Notes under the pieces: model-generated
Told to the model about the DNA's origin: nothing
The model's input: only the letters and a program-made list of their open reading frames with translations
The model's database searches: none
Translations under genes and position numbers: made by a program
Shown here: positions 48,831 through 53,770 of the stretch, piece after piece
Layout: each line of letters starts with the position of its first letter
How positions within the stretch are numbered: position 1 is the first letter of the stretch
DNA from: Lama guanicoe
Taxonomy: Eukaryota
Length of the DNA stretch: 53,770 nucleotides
Assembly (NCBI GenBank): GCA_013239625.1
Contig: MU053629.1
Location: 778,676-832,445 of the forward strand
Direction of reading: 5' to 3'

Positions 48831-50699
48831 ACCCCTTGGTATTTATATATGGAATTCTTTGAGGCCTGGGTAGAAGTCGCATTGTTCTGGAGGTGAATTG
48901 GGTTTTTGCATGACCCAGGAGGAGCCCTTGTTTACTTTCCAGACAGCAGGCAAACGCAGGAGGGAGAAGGACAGGACATGCGTCTTCATTTTGGGCCGAT
49001 GAGTAAGTTGCACACTCACTCCCACTCACGATCACAGAACATAGTCATATGATCACACACACAGCCATAAGGCAGGCTGGGAAATGCAGCTTTTAGCTCC
49101 CTGGCTGTGTGCCCAGCTGAAAATCTGAGACGAGATGGTATCACACATTCTGGTAAATAACAGAACCCACGTTCAAACTCAGGTCTATATGATTCCAAAG
49201 CCACGCCCTTTCCACTAGGTTATGCTGCCTTCCTGGGAAGAAGCCAACAGAATATTATTTTTTAATAGAACCCTCAGGCGCCCCTCCTAAGAACCCTACC
49301 ACCTGCCAGTAAGTGTCAGAGTCAGGACTTGAACATGGGTCTCCTCAAAAGAGCGTCTTCTTGCTCCACTGCTCTGCCCTCTAGACTGTTCCCAAAAGGG
49401 GCATTTTCATGGTATTCTGGGTGGCATTGCACTCATTCTCTATTTTTCTGGGGAGCCAGTAGTTAACCTCCAAGATGTCATCCCTTCTTCTTTTTCCTGA
49501 GAACTAACTTTGCCCCGCATCCCGGCACTGGGAATTTTTCTAGCCTGCATTGTGGCATCCTCCCACTTCTCTGGCTCCCTTAGCATCGTCTGGGCCGTCG
49601 GGCAGGCAGGTGGGGAGTCAGCCTAGAGCCTCCCCGCCAGGGACAATATTTGGAGGACAAAGCTGTCAATGGAATGCCCACTGCAGTGGCCAGTCAGGAA
49701 ATGCCACTGGCCTCAAGGCTGCCCACAGAAGCATCTATTTCAGCGGCAGGGCTCCTGAATATGAAAATTGTTGGGTTTCTTTTCTTCCCTTTGAAGATGT
49801 TTGCAGGAGTTTGAGAACCAGCTAAGTGGGAGAAATGTGTGATGGTTTCAAAAGCAGGTTCCTCTCCGGGACCGAGCTCTCTCTGGCTGTCTGGGAATGC
49901 CTAGGGTTCACGCCACTTCACCCTCTGTCTTCACTTCACTGTCAGATCTGCTTCATGGGTGGTTACTGTCCCCCTAACCAGAGCTGACAAGCCCCCTTCC
50001 GTGCTGAGCAAAAAGGTTAGAGAGGTTCCCTTCATGTGGGATAGATGCCCTGGGGACCATGAAACTCTGCATGTGTACAAAAGAGACACTCACGCCTCTT
50101 CATTAGACTATTTGCATATTCCTAAAATCAGAGGCCGTAATGAACTTCCCTTATATTGGAGAGAAACTAGAAAATCTCAGGCGGTTCATCACTCATCAGC
50201 CTACTAAACCCCATCCTCCGAGCCAGTAGACAGCACCGGGGTTGGTGCCAGTGAGGGGTGTGGAGTGGGGGAAATGCAAAAGAGCTAGAGGTCACTGTTC
50301 AGTTCCACAGGCGTTAATTGGGCACCTGCCGTGTGACGGGTGCCATTCCAGGCATCATGAGTAAAACAGCTATTCCCCCCCAGGAAGCACGGTAGTTTCC
50401 TGTCACAGATAGTGATGCCAACAAGTCATTACAGCAAGATATGCTAATGCTCTTCTAGAAGAATGAACTGCTTATTGTCGGAGTGCGGAGGTAAGAAAAG
50501 CTCCCTCCCCTTGGAGATGGCTGAGCGAGGGTTGAAGGCAAGAAGGCAGAAAGAGCATCCCAGACTCAGGCACCAGCTTATAAAAGGCAAGAGAACATCA
50601 GAGTTCGTGGCGTCGGGAAGGTTTAAAAATACTTCCGTGTGATTCATGCATGGGGCTGGAGGAGGAGGAGAGGGAGGGAGGTGGGGTGGAAAAGTATGT

Positions 50700-51140
50700 G
50701 CGGGCTTGTCTCCGTGGCCCCTGTACACCTTTCTCTGCCTTTCTCTGCCCTGCTCTGGCCCCAGAGGCTGACCTCTATGAGCTGTATCAGCAGGGCTCCC
50801 ACACTGCTGCCTTCCAGTTGGGTTTAGCCAATGAGAGGTACCTGCAGATCAAGACGGAAGACAGAGCATGAGGTTGGGATGTCAATTCCCGCTGCCCACC
50901 AGCTCCCTCCCTGCTGGGGCTGCCAGGCCCCTACGGCTCTCCCCAGGTTCCAGCACCACTGCTCTGCCCTCTGCCCCTCGAAGACTCGAGGTGGGAATAG
51001 CTTCTCTCTGATGCAAGGGCTTGGACGTTGCACCATCAGATCCCTTGACTTCACCAGCCCTTCTGTAATCAGTGCCTTCATTAAACTCTCTCCAGTTGAC
51101 CCTTACGAACGGACATCTGTTTCTGCCAGGATCCTGGCTA
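50700..51140 (+). mobile_element. LTR33-like ERVL solo LTR
   Basis: gaggctgacctctatg…cttccagttgggtttagccaatgagagg…ccttcattaaactctctcca…catctgtttctgccaggatcctg. Confidence 0.7.
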
Positions 51141-51269
51141 CTACTGGAAGTTTGGGTGAAAATGTAAAGAAACACCATGCCAAGGAACAGCTGTTGCTTT
51201 TTTATTTTGTTTTTGTTTTGCAGTGGCAGGAGCAAACTAGCAAACTATTACTGTCAACTCCTATAAATT

Positions 51270-51540
51270 ATAAGCTGAGATACACCAGTCACAAAAGACC
51301 ATAGATTATATAATTCCACCTGTATGAAATGTCCAGAAAGTGTAACTCTACAGAGGCAGAAAAGCGGATTAGCTGTTGCCTGAGGCTGGGGTGTAAACAA
51401 GGCACTAAAATGTGCATGAAGAATCTTTTTAGGGTGATAGATCATGGTGATGCCATATAACTCTGTAATATATTTTAAAAAACATTGAATTGTATGCTTA
51501 AATTGGATAGATTTTATGATACATAAAGTAAACCTCAAGC
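51270..51540 (+). mobile_element. L1MB/MC 3' fragment
   Basis: ccagtcacaaaagacc…tatgaaatgtccagaa…gattagctgttgcctgaggctgggg…aaacattgaattgtatgcttaaa. Confidence 0.7.
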
Positions 51541-51879
51541 TGTTAGGATTATAAACCATATATATCCAGAATATGCGAAGTTTAGAAAATAGAGAAAAAA
51601 TTAACCCATAATCCCACGACTCTAACATAACTGTTCTCATTTTTTTTTTGCATATTCCATTCTAGTTGTATGCTATCTGCATTTGACAATTAGGGACATA
51701 ATGACATTAGCTAATATTTACTGCCAGCCTACCACAGCCCCGATGCTCGGTTAATCATACAACACACATCAAAACCCCTTATAAGGAAGGTACTATTTTT
51801 ATCCACACTTTATTAATAAGAAACCTGAAGCTTGGAGAGATTCACCGGTTTGCTACATAAATGTCACTTTCCACTTTGG

Positions 51880-52830
51880 GGCAGTGTTGATTCTTTTAAT
51901 GTCTGCAGAATCGTTTACTGGGTCAGTACACCACAGAATACTTAACTCTTCCCTCCTCTGCATGGACAGTGTTTCTTCCATGAAAAATGATGTGATGAAC
52001 ATCTCCGTCAGAAACAGCTTTGTCTGTCTTCCACATCGTCTTCCCAGGATGCTTTTCAAGAAGCTGGGTCAAACGGAATGAGGTAATTGAAAGATGTCTT
52101 GAAGTGAAGTCAGTTTCCAAAGGGTTGGATTAATATTTCCACCTGGCAATTTTGTCCTATCCTCAGTAGAACTAAATATGCCAAGTTTTGAATGTTCTGC
52201 TTAATTTAGTGACTTCTTTGTTATTATTTTAATTTTCACTCATGTAACGACTGGAAAAGGTGGAGTCTTCCCTACCAGTTGAATGTCCTCGTTTATAACT
52301 TATCTCTGTTTTTTTGCCCCTTTGTTTATGGTATCTTACAGGTTTTCTTACCAACATCTATGAGATCTTTGTAAATATGTTGACCCTTCATGTTTTATCT
52401 CAGCTGGAAATATTTCCTGTTTGCCAATTTCTTTATTTCACAAACCGCTTTTACCTATTTTTACATGGTGAACCCAATTATTCTTTCTCTTTGTGCATTT
52501 TTCCATTGCTTTTAGACTTTCAGAGACACCTCTCTCCAAGGCTCTGGTAACGTGCGGTTATATTTTCTCCTGATTTTTCCCTAGTGAAGTTTGTTTTACA
52601 TTTAAGAAGAGTGCACCGTTTATTTTAGTGTAGAGTTTGAAATGTGAGTCTAAATGATTTTCCCCCCAAATTGTTACCCAACTTTTCCAATACTGAGCCT
52701 CACCTCCTTTCCCCAGTTTTATGATACTTCTTTTATCACGTATTACATTCTTACGAGCGGGTCCTTTCCGCTCCAGAGCTTTACTGTCTTAATATTGTTG
52801 TCTGACAACATACTGTTGTATTTAGTAGGT
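51880..52830 (-). mobile_element. Very old L1 (L1ME-type) fragment
   Basis: T-rich, degenerate antisense L1 3' UTR/ORF2 motifs (gtgatgaacatct…gctgggtcaaa…). Confidence 0.5.
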
Positions 52831-53089
52831 CTGCAATATCCCGCCTGTTTATCCCTGAGAAGTCAGGTCATCCCACTTGCAGGGCACGCAGGTAAACAGC
52901 AGGAAACATGGGTCTGGCGCTCAATGCAGGACACAGGGGAGGCTGTGCTACGGTTTGGGGGGAAGCATGCTATGACCCTGGGGGTGACTGAGACCCCCAA
53001 GGAGAAGAGTGAGCAGGAAACACGATCTTGAGATGCTCAGAACTAATGGGGCCAGAAGAGCCTCCCAAGACAATTTCACACCATCCCTT

Positions 53090-53195
53090 CAGTTTTTAGA
53101 GAAGGAAACAGAGGGGGGAGATGATGTCTTTTGCCCAGACCCAGAGTAGCAGTTAGTGACAGAGCTGGAACAAGACCTGGGCTTCTTGACGGCTG
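53090..53195 (-). mobile_element. MIR fragment
   Basis: tttgcccagacccagagtagcagttagtgacagagctggaacaagacctgggcttcttgac. Confidence 0.6.
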
Positions 53196-53533
53196 GTCAG
53201 GGATGTTCCCCAGGAAAGAAGGATTCATAAGGGGCGGAGGTCCACGTGGGCTGCAGCATCAGGGGAGGCTCAGTGATCATGAGGATGGCTTAGACACGAG
53301 AGCCGCCGCGCTAAGTCCTTCACTCCTGCTCTCTGCAGTTGGTCCTCACCTCAACCCTACTGTCAAGTCCTGTGCAAATCCTCTTAGCCAGACTCCACTT
53401 AACTGCTGGTCAGATCAACCGGCCCCCACCCCTGTCTTAAATACACCCACTGATGCTTCCAACTAGGAATTTGTCTATTACACAGCTCCACACTTCTGCT
53501 GCCACCAAAATCTTTACCAACAATCAGTTATTT

Positions 53534-53770
53534 TTGTATATTCTTGCCTCCTTTGTCAAAGATTAGTTGACCAAAAGTTTGTGGGTTCATTTCTGGGCTC
53601 TCTGTTCTGTTCCATTGGTCTATATGTCTGTTTTTGTACCAATACCATGCTGTTTTGATGACTGTGGCTCTATAGTATTGTCTGAAGTCTGGGAGAGTTA
53701 TTCCTCCAGGCTCTTTCTTTCTCTTCAGTAATGCTTTGGCAATTCTAGGTCTTTGATGGTTCCATATAAA
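53534..53770 (-). mobile_element. Young L1 ORF2 segment (runs off the window)
   Basis: Uninterrupted minus frame [79 protein letters not shown], canonical L1 ORF2p. Confidence 0.95.

Noticed and set aside
1..53770. Supplied six-frame ORFs as protein-coding genes (e.g. 31218-31781, 11295-11771, 23529-23975)
   Set aside because: No recognisable domains. They overlap in several frames in GC-rich DNA or lie in repeats, as expected for chance ORFs
1..53770. CRISPR array, prokaryotic operon or other novel multi-gene system
   Set aside because: The sequence is mammalian repeat-rich DNA; no regularly spaced repeat-spacer array or gene cluster is visible

Overview
Mammalian non-coding genomic DNA, most likely camelid (alpaca/llama/camel). 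The assignment rests on three copies of a short tRNA-derived Vic-1-type SINE and on cetartiodactyl/camelid-type L1 3' ends, all recognised by eye. Much of the window is interspersed repeat: MIR, L2, L3, old and young L1, MaLR/ERV solo LTRs (MER21, MLT1C, MLT1A0, LTR33, MER41-like, an ERV1-type LTR) and DNA transposon relics (MER5, MER45, a pogo/Tigger transposase fossil). I could not recognise any host protein-coding gene. The supplied ORFs are chance ORFs or decayed L1/transposase fragments. The unique DNA holds a GC-box-rich CpG promoter-like island (~11.3-11.9 kb), a second CpG-rich promoter/enhancer-like zone (~22.6-23.95 kb), clustered NF-kB, AP-1/MARE and E-box motifs, and several segments bounded by splice sites on both strands. 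It looks like the 5' regulatory or intronic part of a large multi-promoter locus whose identity and strand I cannot fix. I found no convincing novel biological system; the findings are regulatory candidates and transposon insertion history. Repeat family names come from memory of consensus sequences and need RepeatMasker/Dfam confirmation.
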